The notes under the pieces: generated by a model
What the model saw: the letters and a program-made list of their open reading frames with translations, nothing else
What the model was told of the DNA's origin: nothing
Database searches by the model: none
Made by a program: the position numbers and the translations under genes
In this document: positions 12,801-26,993 of the stretch, in pieces
Position numbering within the stretch: position 1 is the stretch's first letter
Layout: each line of letters opens with the position of its first letter
NCBI GenBank assembly: GCA_051294905.1
Contig: CM119372.1
Span: forward strand, 26,352,001 to 26,416,000
Source: Botryllus schlosseri
Lineage: Eukaryota
Reading direction: 5' to 3'
DNA: 64,000 nucleotides

Positions 12801-15800
12801 AAAGTTAGACCGATTGCACGCAATAACTTTTCCCTGACTGTTGTACTTAGAGAGATATTGGCAAATTTTGACATTTTGGGGGGTATGAAATTGACCTCGA
12901 TTTCTCCATGTTCCCGAAGGCCTAGAACTACAATTCCGGTATCAGAGTGTCTAACTCTGAAAGTTAGACCGATTGCACGCAATAACTTTTCCCTGACTGT
13001 TGTACTTAGAGAGATATTGGCAAATTTTGACATTTTGGGGGGTATGAAATTGACCTCGATTTCTCCATGTTCCCGAAGGCCTAGAACTACAATTCCGGTA
13101 TCAGAGTGTCTAACTCTGAAAGTTAGACCGATTGCACGCAATAACTTTTCCCTGACAGTTGTACTTAGAGAGATATTGGCAAATTTTGACATTTTGGGGG
13201 GTATGAAATTGACCTCGATTTCTCCATGTTCCCGAAGGCCTAGAACTACAATTCCGGTATCAGAGTGTCTAACTCTGAAAGTTAGACCGATTGCACGCAA
13301 TAACTTTTCCCTGACTGTTGTACTTAGAGAGATATTGGCAAATTTTGACATTTTGGGGGGTATGAAATTGACCTCGATTTCTCCATGTTCCCGAAGGCCT
13401 AGAACTACAATTCCGGTATCAGAGTGTCTAACTCTGAAAGTTAGACCGATTGCACGCAATAACTTTTCCCTGACTTGTTGTACTTAGAGAGATAATTGGC
13501 AAATTTTGACATTTTGGGGGGTATGAAATTGACCTCGATTTCTCCATGTTCCCGAAGGCCTAGAACTACAATTCCGGTATCAGAGTGTCTAACTCTGAAA
13601 GTTAGACCGATTGCACGCAATAACTTTTCCCTGACTGTTGTACTTAGAGAGATATTGGCAAATTTTGACATTTTGGGGGTATGAAATTGACCTCGATTTC
13701 TCCATGTTCCCGAAGGCCTAGAACTACAATTCCGGTATCAGAGTGTCTAACTCTGAAAGTTAGACCGATTGCACGCAATAACTTTTCCCTGACTGTTGTA
13801 CTTAGAGAGATATTGGCAAATTTTGACATTTTGGGGGGTATGAAATTGACCTCGATTTCTCCATGTTCCCGAAGGCCTAGAACTACAATTCCGGTATCAG
13901 AGTGTCTAACTCTGAAAGTTAGACCGATTGCACGCAATAACTTTTCCCTGACTGTTGTACTTAGAGAGATATTGGCAAATTTTGACATTTTGGGGGGTAT
14001 GAAATTGACCTCGATTTCTCCATGTTCCCGAAGGCCTAGAACTACAATTCCGGTATCAGAGTGTCTAACTCTGAAAGTTAGACCGATTGCACGCAATAAC
14101 TTTTCCCTGACTGTTGTACTTAGAGAGATATTGGCAAATTTTGACATTTTGGGGGGTATGAAATTGACCTCGATTTCTCCATGTTCCCGAAGGCCTAGAA
14201 CTACAATTCCGGTATCAGAGTGTCTAACTCTGAAAGTTAGACCGATTGCACGCAATAACTTTTCCCTGACTGTTGTACTTAGAGAGATATTGGCAAATTT
14301 TGACATTTTGGGGGGTATGAAATTGACCTCGATTTCTCCATGTTCCCGAAGGCCTAGAACTACAATTCCGGTATCAGAGTGTCTAACTCTGAAAGTTAGA
14401 CCGATTGCACGCAATAACTTTTCCCTGACTGTTGTACTTAGAGAGATATTGGCAAATTTTGACATTTTGGGGGGTATGAAATTGACCTCGATTTCTCCAT
14501 GTTCCCGAAGGCCTAGAACTACAATTCCGGTATCAGAGTGTCTAACTCTGAAAGTTAGACCGATTGCACGCAATAACTTTTCCCTGACTGTTGTACTTAG
14601 AGAGATATTGGCAAATTTTGACATTTTGGGGGGTATGAAATTGACCTCGATTTCTCCATGTTCCCGAAGGCCTAGAACTACAATTCCGGTATCAGAGTGT
14701 CTAACTCTGAAAGTTAGACCGATTGCACGCAATAACTTTTCCCTGACAGTTGTACTTAGAGAGATATTGGCAAATTTTGACATTTTGGGGGGTATGAAAT
14801 TGACCTCGATTTCTCCATGTTCCCGAAGGCCTAGAACTACAATTCCGGTATCAGAGTGTCTAACTCTGAAAGTTAGACCGATTGCACGCAATAACTTTTC
14901 CCTGACTGTTGTACTTAGAGAGATATTGGCAAATTTTGACATTTTGGGGGGTATGAAATTGACCTCGATTTCTCCATGTTCCCGAAGGCCTAGAACTACA
15001 ATTCCGGTATCAGAGTGTCTAACTCTGAAAGTTAGACCGATTGCACGCAATAACTTTTCCCTGACTGTTGTACTTAGAGAGATATTGGCAAATTTTGACA
15101 TTTTGGGGGGTATGAAATTGACCTCGATTTCTCCATGTTCCCGAAGGCCTAGAACTACAATTCCGGTATCAGAGTGTCTAACTCTGAAAGTTAGACCGAT
15201 TGCACGCAATAACTTTTCCCTGACTGTTGTACTTAGAGAGATATTGGCAAATTTTGACATTTTGGGGGGTATGAAATTGACCTCGATTTCTCCATGTTCC
15301 CGAAGGCCTAGAACTACAATTCCGGTATCAGAGTGTCTAACTCTGAAAGTTAGACCGATTGCACGCAATAACTTTTCCCTGACTGTTGTACTTAGAGAGA
15401 TATTGGCAAATTTTGACATTTTGGGGGGTATGAAATTGACCTCGATTTCTCCATGTTCCCGAAGGCCTAGAACTACAATTCCGGTATCAGAGTGTCTAAC
15501 TCTGAAAGTTAGACCGATTGCACGCAATAACTTTTCCCTGACTGTTGTACTTAGAGAGATATTGGCAAATTTTGACATTTTGGGGGGTATGAAATTGACC
15601 TCGATTTCTCCATGTTCCCGAAGGCCTAGAACTACAATTCCGGTATCAGAGTGTCTAACTCTGAAAGTTAGACCGATTGCACGCAATAACTTTTCCCTGA
15701 CTGTTGTACTTAGAGAGATATTGGCAAATTTTGACATTTTGGGGGGTATGAAATTGACCTCGATTTCTCCATGTTCCCGAAGGCCTAGAACTACAATTCC

Positions 15801-18800
15801 GGTATCAGAGTGTCTAACTCTGAAAGTTAGACCGATTGCACGCAATAACTTTTCCCTGACTGTTGTACTTAGAGAGATATTGGCAAATTTTGACATTTTG
15901 GGGGGTATGAAATTGACCTCGATTTCTCCATGTTCCCGAAGGCCTAGAACTACAATTCCGGTATCAGAGTGTCTAACTCTGAAAGTTAGACCGATTGCAC
16001 GCAATAACTTTTCCCTGACTGTTGTACTTAGAGAGATATTGGCAAATTTTGACATTTTGGGGGGTATGAAATTGACCTCGATTTCTCCATGTTCCCGAAG
16101 GCCTAGAACTACAATTCCGGTATCAGAGTGTCTAACTCTGAAAGTTAGACCGATTGCACGCAATAACTTTTCCCTGACTGTTGTACTTAGAGAGATATTG
16201 GCAAATTTTGACATTTTGGGGGGTATGAAATTGACCTCGATTTCTCCATGTTCCCGAAGGCCTAGAACTACAATTCCGGTATCAGAGTGTCTAACTCTGA
16301 AAGTTAGACCGATTGCACGCAATAACTTTTCCCTGACTGTTGTACTTAGAGAGATATTGGCAAATTTTGACATTTTGGGGGGTATGAAATTGACCTCGAT
16401 TTCTCCATGTTCCCGAAGGCCTAGAACTACAATTCCGGTATCAGAGTGTCTAACTCTGAAAGTTAGACCGATTGCACGCAATAACTTTTCCCTGACTGTT
16501 GTACTTAGAGAGATATTGGCAAATTTTGACATTTTGGGGGGTATGAAATTGACCTCGATTTCTCCATGTTCCCGAAGGCCTAGAACTACAATTCCGGTAT
16601 CAGAGTGTCTAACTCTGAAAGTTAGACCGATTGCACGCAATAACTTTTCCCTGACTGTTGTACTTAGAGAGATATTGGCAAATTTTGACATTTTGGGGGG
16701 TATGAAATTGACCTCGATTTCTCCATGTTCCCGAAGGCCTAGAACTACAATTCCGGTATCAGAGTGTCTAACTCTGAAAGTTAGACCGATTGCACGCAAT
16801 AACTTTTCCCTGACTGTTGTACTTAGAGAGATATTGGCAAATTTTGACATTTTGGGGGGTATGAAATTGACCTCGATTTCTCCATGTTCCCGAAGGCCTA
16901 GAACTACAATTCCGGTATCAGAGTGTCTAACTCTGAAAGTTAGACCGATTGCACGCAATAACTTTTCCCTGACTGTTGTACTTAGAGAGATATTGGCAAA
17001 TTTTGACATTTTGGGGGGTATGAAATTGACCTCGATTTCTCCATGTTCCCGAAGGCCTAGAACTACAATTCCGGTATCAGAGTGTCTAACTCTGAAAGTT
17101 AGACCGATTGCACGCAATAACTTTTCCCTGACTGTTGTACTTAGAGAGATATTGGCAAATTTTGACATTTTGGGGGGTATGAAATTGACCTCGATTTCTC
17201 CATGTTCCCGAAGGCCTAGAACTACAATTCCGGTATCAGAGTGTCTAACTCTGAAAGTTAGACCGATTGCACGCAATAACTTTTCCCTGACTGTTGTACT
17301 TAGAGAGATATTGGCAAATTTTGACATTTTGGGGGGTATGAAATTGACCTCGATTTCTCCATGTTCCCGAAGGCCTAGAACTACAATTCCGGTATCAGAG
17401 TGTCTAACTCTGAAAGTTAGACCGATTGCACGCAATAACTTTTCCCTGACTGTTGTACTTAGAGAGATATTGGCAAATTTTGACATTTTGGGGGGTATGA
17501 AATTGACCTCGATTTCTCCATGTTCCCGAAGGCCTAGAACTACAATTCCGGTATCAGAGTGTCTAACTCTGAAAGTTAGACCGATTGCACGCAATAACTT
17601 TTCCCTGACTGTTGTACTTAGAGAGATATTGGCAAATTTTGACATTTTGGGGGGTATGAAATTGACCTCGATTTCTCCATGTTCCCGAAGGCCTAGAACT
17701 ACAATTCCGGTATCAGAGTGTCTAACTCTGAAAGTTAGACCGATTGCACGCAATAACTTTTCCCTGACTGTTGTACTTAGAGAGATATTGGCAAATTTTG
17801 ACATTTTGGGGGGTATGAAATTGACCTCGATTTCTCCATGTTCCCGAAGGCCTAGAACTACAATTCCGGTATCAGAGTGTCTAACTCTGAAAGTTAGACC
17901 GATTGCACGCAATAACTTTTCCCTGACTGTTGTACTTAGAGAGATATTGGCAAATTTTGACATTTTGGGGGGTATGAAATTGACCTCGATTTCTCCATGT
18001 TCCCGAAGGCCTAGAACTACAATTCCGGTATCAGAGTGTCTAACTCTGAAAGTTAGACCGATTGCACGCAATAACTTTTCCCTGACTGTTGTACTTAGAG
18101 AGATATTGGCAAATTTTGACATTTTGGGGGGTATGAAATTGACCTCGATTTCTCCATGTTCCCGAAGGCCTAGAACTACAATTCCGGTATCAGAGTGTCT
18201 AACTCTGAAAGTTAGACCGATTGCACGCAATAACTTTTCCCTGACTGTTGTACTTAGAGAGATATTGGCAAATTTTGACATTTTGGGGGGTATGAAATTG
18301 ACCTCGATTTCTCCATGTTCCCGAAGGCCTAGAACTACAATTCCGGTATCAGAGTGTCTAACTCTGAAAGTTAGACCGATTGCACGCAATAACTTTTCCC
18401 TGACTGTTGTACTTAGAGAGATATTGGCAAATTTTGACATTTTGGGGGGTATGAAATTGACCTCGATTTCTCCATGTTCCCGAAGGCCTAGAACTACAAT
18501 TCCGGTATCAGAGTGTCTAACTCTGAAAGTTAGACCGATTGCACGCAATAACTTTTCCCTGACTGTTGTACTTAGAGAGATATTGGCAAATTTTGACATT
18601 TTGGGGGGTATGAAATTGACCTCGATTTCTCCATGTTCCCGAAGGCCTAGAACTACAATTCCGGTATCAGAGTGTCTAACTCTGAAAGTTAGACCGATTG
18701 CACGCAATAACTTTTCCCTGACTGTTGTACTTAGAGAGATATTGGCAAATTTTGACATTTTGGGGGGTATGAAATTGACCTCGATTTCTCCATGTTCCCG

Positions 18801-21800
18801 AAGGCCTAGAACTACAATTCCGGTATCAGAGTGTCTAACTCTGAAAGTTAGACCGATTGCACGCAATAACTTTTCCCTGACTGTTGTACTTAGAGAGATA
18901 TTGGCAAATTTTGACATTTTGGGGGGTATGAAATTGACCTCGATTTCTCCATGTTCCCGAAGGCCTAGAACTACAATTCCGGTATCAGAGTGTCTAACTC
19001 TGAAAGTTAGACCGATTGCACGCAATAACTTTTCCCTGACTGTTGTACTTAGAGAGATATTGGCAAATTTTGACATTTTGGGGGGTATGAAATTGACCTC
19101 GATTTCTCCATGTTCCCGAAGGCCTAGAACTACAATTCCGGTATCAGAGTGTCTAACTCTGAAAGTTAGACCGATTGCACGCAATAACTTTTCCCTGACT
19201 GTTGTACTTAGAGAGATATTGGCAAATTTTGACATTTTGGGGGGTATGAAATTGACCTCGATTTCTCCATGTTCCCGAAGGCCTAGAACTACAATTCCGG
19301 TATCAGAGTGTCTAACTCTGAAAGTTAGACCGATTGCACGCAATAACTTTTCCCTGACTGTTGTACTTAGAGAGATATTGGCAAATTTTGACATTTTGGG
19401 GGGTATGAAATTGACCTCGATTTCTCCATGTTCCCGAAGGCCTAGAACTACAATTCCGGTATCAGAGTGTCTAACTCTGAAAGTTAGACCGATTGCACGC
19501 AATAACTTTTCCCTGACTGTTGTACTTAGAGAGATATTGGCAAATTTTGACATTTTGGGGGGTATGAAATTGACCTCGATTTCTCCATGTTCCCGAAGGC
19601 CTAGAACTACAATTCCGGTATCAGAGTGTCTAACTCTGAAAGTTAGACCGATTGCACGCAATAACTTTTCCCTGACTGTTGTACTTAGAGAGATATTGGC
19701 AAATTTTGACATTTTGGGGGGTATGAAATTGACCTCGATTTCTCCATGTTCCCGAAGGCCTAGAACTACAATTCCGGTATCAGAGTGTCTAACTCTGAAA
19801 GTTAGACCGATTGCACGCAATAACTTTTCCCTGACTGTTGTACTTAGAGAGATATTGGCAAATTTTGACATTTTGGGGGGTATGAAATTGACCTCGATTT
19901 CTCCATGTTCCCGAAGGCCTAGAACTACAATTCCGGTATCAGAGTGTCTAACTCTGAAAGTTAGACCGATTGCACGCAATAACTTTTCCCTGACTGTTGT
20001 ACTTAGAGAGATATTGGCAAATTTTGACATTTTGGGGGGTATGAAATTGACCTCGATTTCTCCATGTTCCCGAAGGCCTAGAACTACAATTCCGGTATCA
20101 GAGTGTCTAACTCTGAAAGTTAGACCGATTGCACGCAATAACTTTTCCCTGACTGTTGTACTTAGAGAGATATTGGCAAATTTTGACATTTTGGGGGGTA
20201 TGAAATTGACCTCGATTTCTCCATGTTCCCGAAGGCCTAGAACTACAATTCCGGTATCAGAGTGTCTAACTCTGAAAGTTAGACCGATTGCACGCAATAA
20301 CTTTTCCCTGACTGTTGTACTTAGAGAGATATTGGCAAATTTTGACATTTTGGGGGGTATGAAATTGACCTCGATTTCTCCATGTTCCCGAAGGCCTAGA
20401 ACTACAATTCCGGTATCAGAGTGTCTAACTCTGAAAGTTAGACCGATTGCACGCAATAACTTTTCCCTGACTGTTGTACTTAGAGAGATATTGGCAAATT
20501 TTGACATTTTGGGGGGTATGAAATTGACCTCGATTTCTCCATGTTCCCGAAGGCCTAGAACTACAATTCCGGTATCAGAGTGTCTAACTCTGAAAGTTAG
20601 ACCGATTGCACGCAATAACTTTTCCCTGACTGTTGTACTTAGAGAGATATTGGCAAATTTTGACATTTTGGGGGGTATGAAATTGACCTCGATTTCTCCA
20701 TGTTCCCGAAGGCCTAGAACTACAATTCCGGTATCAGAGTGTCTAACTCTGAAAGTTAGACCGATTGCACGCAATAACTTTTCCCTGACTGTTGTACTTA
20801 GAGAGATATTGGCAAATTTTGACATTTTGGGGGGTATGAAATTGACCTCGATTTCTCCATGTTCCCGAAGGCCTAGAACTACAATTCCGGTATCAGAGTG
20901 TCTAACTCTGAAAGTTAGACCGATTGCACGCAATAACTTTTCCCTGACTGTTGTACTTAGAGAGATATTGGCAAATTTTGACATTTTGGGGGGTATGAAA
21001 TTGACCTCGATTTCTCCATGTTCCCGAAGGCCTAGAACTACAATTCCGGTATCAGAGTGTCTAACTCTGAAAGTTAGACCGATTGCACGCAATAACTTTT
21101 CCCTGACTGTTGTACTTAGAGAGATATTGGCAAATTTTGACATTTTGGGGGGTATGAAATTGACCTCGATTTCTCCATGTTCCCGAAGGCCTAGAACTAC
21201 AATTCCGGTATCAGAGTGTCTAACTCTGAAAGTTAGACCGATTGCACGCAATAACTTTTCCCTGACTGTTGTACTTAGAGAGATATTGGCAAATTTTGAC
21301 ATTTTGGGGGGTATGAAATTGACCTCGATTTCTCCATGTTCCCGAAGGCCTAGAACTACAATTCCGGTATCAGAGTGTCTAACTCTGAAAGTTAGACCGA
21401 TTGCACGCAATAACTTTTCCCTGACTGTTGTACTTAGAGAGATATTGGCAAATTTTGACATTTTGGGGGGTATGAAATTGACCTCGATTTCTCCATGTTC
21501 CCGAAGGCCTAGAACTACAATTCCGGTATCAGAGTGTCTAACTCTGAAAGTTAGACCGATTGCACGCAATAACTTTTCCCTGACTGTTGTACTTAGAGAG
21601 ATATTGGCAAATTTTGACATTTTGGGGGGTATGAAATTGACCTCGATTTCTCCATGTTCCCGAAGGCCTAGAACTACAATTCCGGTATCAGAGTGTCTAA
21701 CTCTGAAAGTTAGACCGATTGCACGCAATAACTTTTCCCTGACTGTTGTACTTAGAGAGATATTGGCAAATTTTGACATTTTGGGGGGTATGAAATTGAC

Positions 21801-24800
21801 CTCGATTTCTCCATGTTCCCGAAGGCCTAGAACTACAATTCCGGTATCAGAGTGTCTAACTCTGAAAGTTAGACCGATTGCACGCAATAACTTTTCCCTG
21901 ACTGTTGTACTTAGAGAGATATTGGCAAATTTTGACATTTTGGGGGGTATGAAATTGACCTCGATTTCTCCATGTTCCCGAAGGCCTAGAACTACAATTC
22001 CGGTATCAGAGTGTCTAACTCTGAAAGTTAGACCGATTGCACGCAATAACTTTTCCCTGACTGTTGTACTTAGAGAGATATTGGCAAATTTTGACATTTT
22101 GGGGGGTATGAAATTGACCTCGATTTCTCCATGTTCCCGAAGGCCTAGAACTACAATTCCGGTATCAGAGTGTCTAACTCTGAAAGTTAGACCGATTGCA
22201 CGCAATAACTTTTCCCTGACTGTTGTACTTAGAGAGATATTGGCAAATTTTGACATTTTGGGGGGTATGAAATTGACCTCGATTTCTCCATGTTCCCGAA
22301 GGCCTAGAACTACAATTCCGGTATCAGAGTGTCTAACTCTGAAAGTTAGACCGATTGCACGCAATAACTTTTCCCTGACTGTTGTACTTAGAGAGATATT
22401 GGCAAATTTTGACATTTTGGGGGGTATGAAATTGACCTCGATTTCTCCATGTTCCCGAAGGCCTAGAACTACAATTCCGGTATCAGAGTGTCTAACTCTG
22501 AAAGTTAGACCGATTGCACGCAATAACTTTTCCCTGACTGTTGTACTTAGAGAGATATTGGCAAATTTTGACATTTTGGGGGGTATGAAATTGACCTCGA
22601 TTTCTCCATGTTCCCGAAGGCCTAGAACTACAATTCCGGTATCAGAGTGTCTAACTCTGAAAGTTAGACCGATTGCACGCAATAACTTTTCCCTGACTGT
22701 TGTACTTAGAGAGATATTGGCAAATTTTGACATTTTGGGGGGTATGAAATTGACCTCGATTTCTCCATGTTCCCGAAGGCCTAGAACTACAATTCCGGTA
22801 TCAGAGTGTCTAACTCTGAAAGTTAGACCGATTGCACGCAATAACTTTTCCCTGACTGTTGTACTTAGAGAGATATTGGCAAATTTTGACATTTTGGGGG
22901 GTATGAAATTGACCTCGATTTCTCCATGTTCCCGAAGGCCTAGAACTACAATTCCGGTATCAGAGTGTCTAACTCTGAAAGTTAGACCGATTGCACGCAA
23001 TAACTTTTCCCTGACTGTTGTACTTAGAGAGATATTGGCAAATTTTGACATTTTGGGGGGTATGAAATTGACCTCGATTTCTCCATGTTCCCGAAGGCCT
23101 AGAACTACAATTCCGGTATCAGAGTGTCTAACTCTGAAAGTTAGACCGATTGCACGCAATAACTTTTCCCTGACTGTTGTACTTAGAGAGATATTGGCAA
23201 ATTTTGACATTTTGGGGGGTATGAAATTGACCTCGATTTCTCCATGTTCCCGAAGGCCTAGAACTACAATTCCGGTATCAGAGTGTCTAACTCTGAAAGT
23301 TAGACCGATTGCACGCAATAACTTTTCCCTGACTGTTGTACTTAGAGAGATATTGGCAAATTTTGACATTTTGGGGGGTATGAAATTGACCTCGATTTCT
23401 CCATGTTCCCGAAGGCCTAGAACTACAATTCCGGTATCAGAGTGTCTAACTCTGAAAGTTAGACCGATTGCACGCAATAACTTTTCCCTGACTGTTGTAC
23501 TTAGAGAGATATTGGCAAATTTTGACATTTTGGGGGGTATGAAATTGACCTCGATTTCTCCATGTTCCCGAAGGCCTAGAACTACAATTCCGGTATCAGA
23601 GTGTCTAACTCTGAAAGTTAGACCGATTGCACGCAATAACTTTTCCCTGACTGTTGTACTTAGAGAGATATTGGCAAATTTTGACATTTTGGGGGGTATG
23701 AAATTGACCTCGATTTCTCCATGTTCCCGAAGGCCTAGAACTACAATTCCGGTATCAGAGTGTCTAACTCTGAAAGTTAGACCGATTGCACGCAATAACT
23801 TTTCCCTGACTGTTGTACTTAGAGAGATATTGGCAAATTTTGACATTTTGGGGGGTATGAAATTGACCTCGATTTCTCCATGTTCCCGAAGGCCTAGAAC
23901 TACAATTCCGGTATCAGAGTGTCTAACTCTGAAAGTTAGACCGATTGCACGCAATAACTTTTCCCTGACTGTTGTACTTAGAGAGATATTGGCAAATTTT
24001 GACATTTTGGGGGGTATGAAATTGACCTCGATTTCTCCATGTTCCCGAAGGCCTAGAACTACAATTCCGGTATCAGAGTGTCTAACTCTGAAAGTTAGAC
24101 CGATTGCACGCAATAACTTTTCCCTGACTGTTGTACTTAGAGAGATATTGGCAAATTTTGACATTTTGGGGGGTATGAAATTGACCTCGATTTCTCCATG
24201 TTCCCGAAGGCCTAGAACTACAATTCCGGTATCAGAGTGTCTAACTCTGAAAGTTAGACCGATTGCACGCAATAACTTTTCCCTGACTGTTGTACTTAGA
24301 GAGATATTGGCAAATTTTGACATTTTGGGGGGTATGAAATTGACCTCGATTTCTCCATGTTCCCGAAGGCCTAGAACTACAATTCCGGTATCAGAGTGTC
24401 TAACTCTGAAAGTTAGACCGATTGCACGCAATAACTTTTCCCTGACTGTTGTACTTAGAGAGATATTGGCAAATTTTGACATTTTGGGGGGTATGAAATT
24501 GACCTCGATTTCTCCATGTTCCCGAAGGCCTAGAACTACAATTCCGGTATCAGAGTGTCTAACTCTGAAAGTTAGACCGATTGCACGCAATAACTTTTCC
24601 CTGACTGTTGTACTTAGAGAGATATTGGCAAATTTTGACATTTTGGGGGGTATGAAATTGACCTCGATTTCTCCATGTTCCCGAAGGCCTAGAACTACAA
24701 TTCCGGTATCAGAGTGTCTAACTCTGAAAGTTAGACCGATTGCACGCAATAACTTTTCCCTGACTGTTGTACTTAGAGAGATATTGGAAAATTTTGACAT

Positions 24801-26079
24801 TTTGGGGGGTATGAAATTGACCTCGATTTCTCCATGTTCCCGAAGGCCTAGAACTACAATTCCGGTATCAGAGTGTCTAACTCTGAAAGTTAGACCGATT
24901 GCACGCAATAACTTTTCCCTGACTGTTGTACTTAGAGAGATATTGGCAAATTTTGACATTTTGGGGGGTATGAAATTGACCTCGATTTCTCCATGTTCCC
25001 GAAGGCCTAGAACTACAATTCCGGTATCAGAGTGTCTAACTCTGAAAGTTAGACCGATTGCACGCAATAACTTTTCCCTGACTGTTGTACTTAGAGAGAT
25101 ATTGGCAAATTTTGACATTTTGGGGGGTATGAAATTGACCTCGATTTCTCCATGTTCCCGAAGGCCTAGAACTACAATTCCGGTATCAGAGTGTCTAACT
25201 CTGAAAGTTAGACCGATTGCACGCAATAACTTTTCCCTGACTGTTGTACTTAGAGAGATATTGGCAAATTTTGACATTTTGGGGGGTATGAAATTGACCT
25301 CGATTTCTCCATGTTCCCGAAGGCCTAGAACTACAATTCCGGTATCAGAGTGTCTAACTCTGAAAGTTAGACCGATTGCACGCAATAACTTTTCCCTGAC
25401 TGTTGTACTTAGAGAGATATTGGCAAATTTTGACATTTTGGGGGGTATGAAATTGACCTCGATTTCTCCATGTTCCCGAAGGCCTAGAACTACAATTCCG
25501 GTATCAGAGTGTCTAACTCTGAAAGTTAGACCGATTGCACGCAATAACTTTTCCCTGACTGTTGTACTTAGAGAGATATTGGCAAATTTTGACATTTTGG
25601 GGGGTATGAAATTGACCTCGATTTCTCCATGTTCCCGAAGGCCTAGAACTACAATTCCGGTATCAGAGTGTCTAACTCTGAAAGTTAGACCGATTGCACG
25701 CAATAACTTTTCCCTGACTGTTGTACTTAGAGAGATATTGGCAAATTTTGACATTTTGGGGGGTATGAAATTGACCTCGATTTCTCCATGTTCCCGAAGG
25801 CCTAGAACTACAATTCCGGTATCAGAGTGTCTAACTCTGAAAGTTAGACCGATTGCACGCAATAACTTTTCCCTGACTGTTGTACTTAGAGAGATATTGG
25901 CAAATTTTGACATTTTGGGGGGTATGAAATTGACCTCGATTTCTCCATGTTCCCGAAGGCCTAGAACAGTGGTTCTTAACCTTTTTTCGTCCAGCGCCCC
26001 CTTTCAAAAATTATCGTGCTCCAGCGCCCCCCTCAACTTCATATTGTAAGGAATGTAATAAAGACAATGAGTAAGAGGG

Positions 26080-26993
26080 AGGGCCGTAACAGCACTTCGT
26101 CAACCCCCCTAAAAACGATTGCCTTGCGCACCCATAGCGTGATAAACCGAACTTCTGAGGGCTTCGCCCCCAAGAACCCCATATCGTGATTTTGATGGTC
26201 AGCAAAGTTTGTGTGGCCTGGTCGCCCTAGGTACCAAAATTTGCTATAATGCATGGTAATTACATTTATAAGTCGCTATAAACTTTTTATCCTCTCAGCC
26301 CACGTAATCAGATTTACCAGTAGCACTGAGTGAGCTGTTGTATAGGAAAATAAGGGGCACGTAATTAATAATCAAACATATTCGGGCGTTCCCGCAGGTA
26401 CAATTATTCGTTACCAGGGCCGTAACAGCACTTCGTCAGCCCCCCTCCCCAAACATAAAACGTTGGTCCTGGGCCCCCATCGGGTGATAAACCAAACTTC
26501 CGGGGGACTTCGCTCCCAGACCCCCATTAGGCTGTCCGCTATTTGCTGATAGCCTATTAGGTCTCTACATTGGGTGTACATTTACTGAGGGAGCTATTCT
26601 CGCGTAGTCGCGCGAAGTGCGAAAAATTTCACTAATTAATGATTGAATTGGTCAATATCATCGGGAATTGCATGTAAATTGAGATCAATTTTTATCCGCT
26701 CTCTGCTCACGTAAACACATTTACCGGTAGAGCTGAGTTAGGTGCAATGTTCCCTCTAAGCTGCGCACGTGCGCAGTGCTGACACGGTCTCTGCGCACAG
26801 AAAATCTACGTTGCGCACAACAAATCCGGAGTAATTACCTTTTTTTAGTCGTTACGCACTGTTGTCCAAGGGTCAGCGCAGTGAGTTGTTGAGTGTGCGC
26901 AGACTCATCAAAACTTAAAGCGAACATTGTGAGGTTTCTTGGAAACTGTAGGGCCCGTTACCAATAATTAAACATATTCGGGCAGGCGATCCC
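26080..26993 (+). repeat. Diverged internal tandem duplication within hAT element 1
   Basis: AGGGCCGTAACAGCACTTCGTCA is identical at 26080 and 26416. Collinear shared blocks follow (GTGATAAACC.AACTTC, TTTTTATCC, CACGTAA, ATTTACC.GTAG, and AAACATATTCGGGC at 26374 and 26970). Confidence 0.8.
26745..26929. mobile_element. Nested 185-bp MITE (probably hAT) inside element 1
   Basis: TIRs CAATGTTCCCTCTAAG and CTTAAAGCGAACATTG match at 14/16. Internal TGCGCA repeats are present. Flanks are a degenerate duplication (GTTAGGTG vs GTGAGGTT). The segment is absent from the equivalent position of the first internal duplicate (about 26330). Confidence 0.75.

Noticed and set aside
13470..13685. Clustered 1-bp indels as programmed frameshifts or a biological boundary
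   Set aside because: They fall in homopolymers or short runs and cluster locally. Like the G5/G7 variants elsewhere, they are most simply long-read consensus errors.
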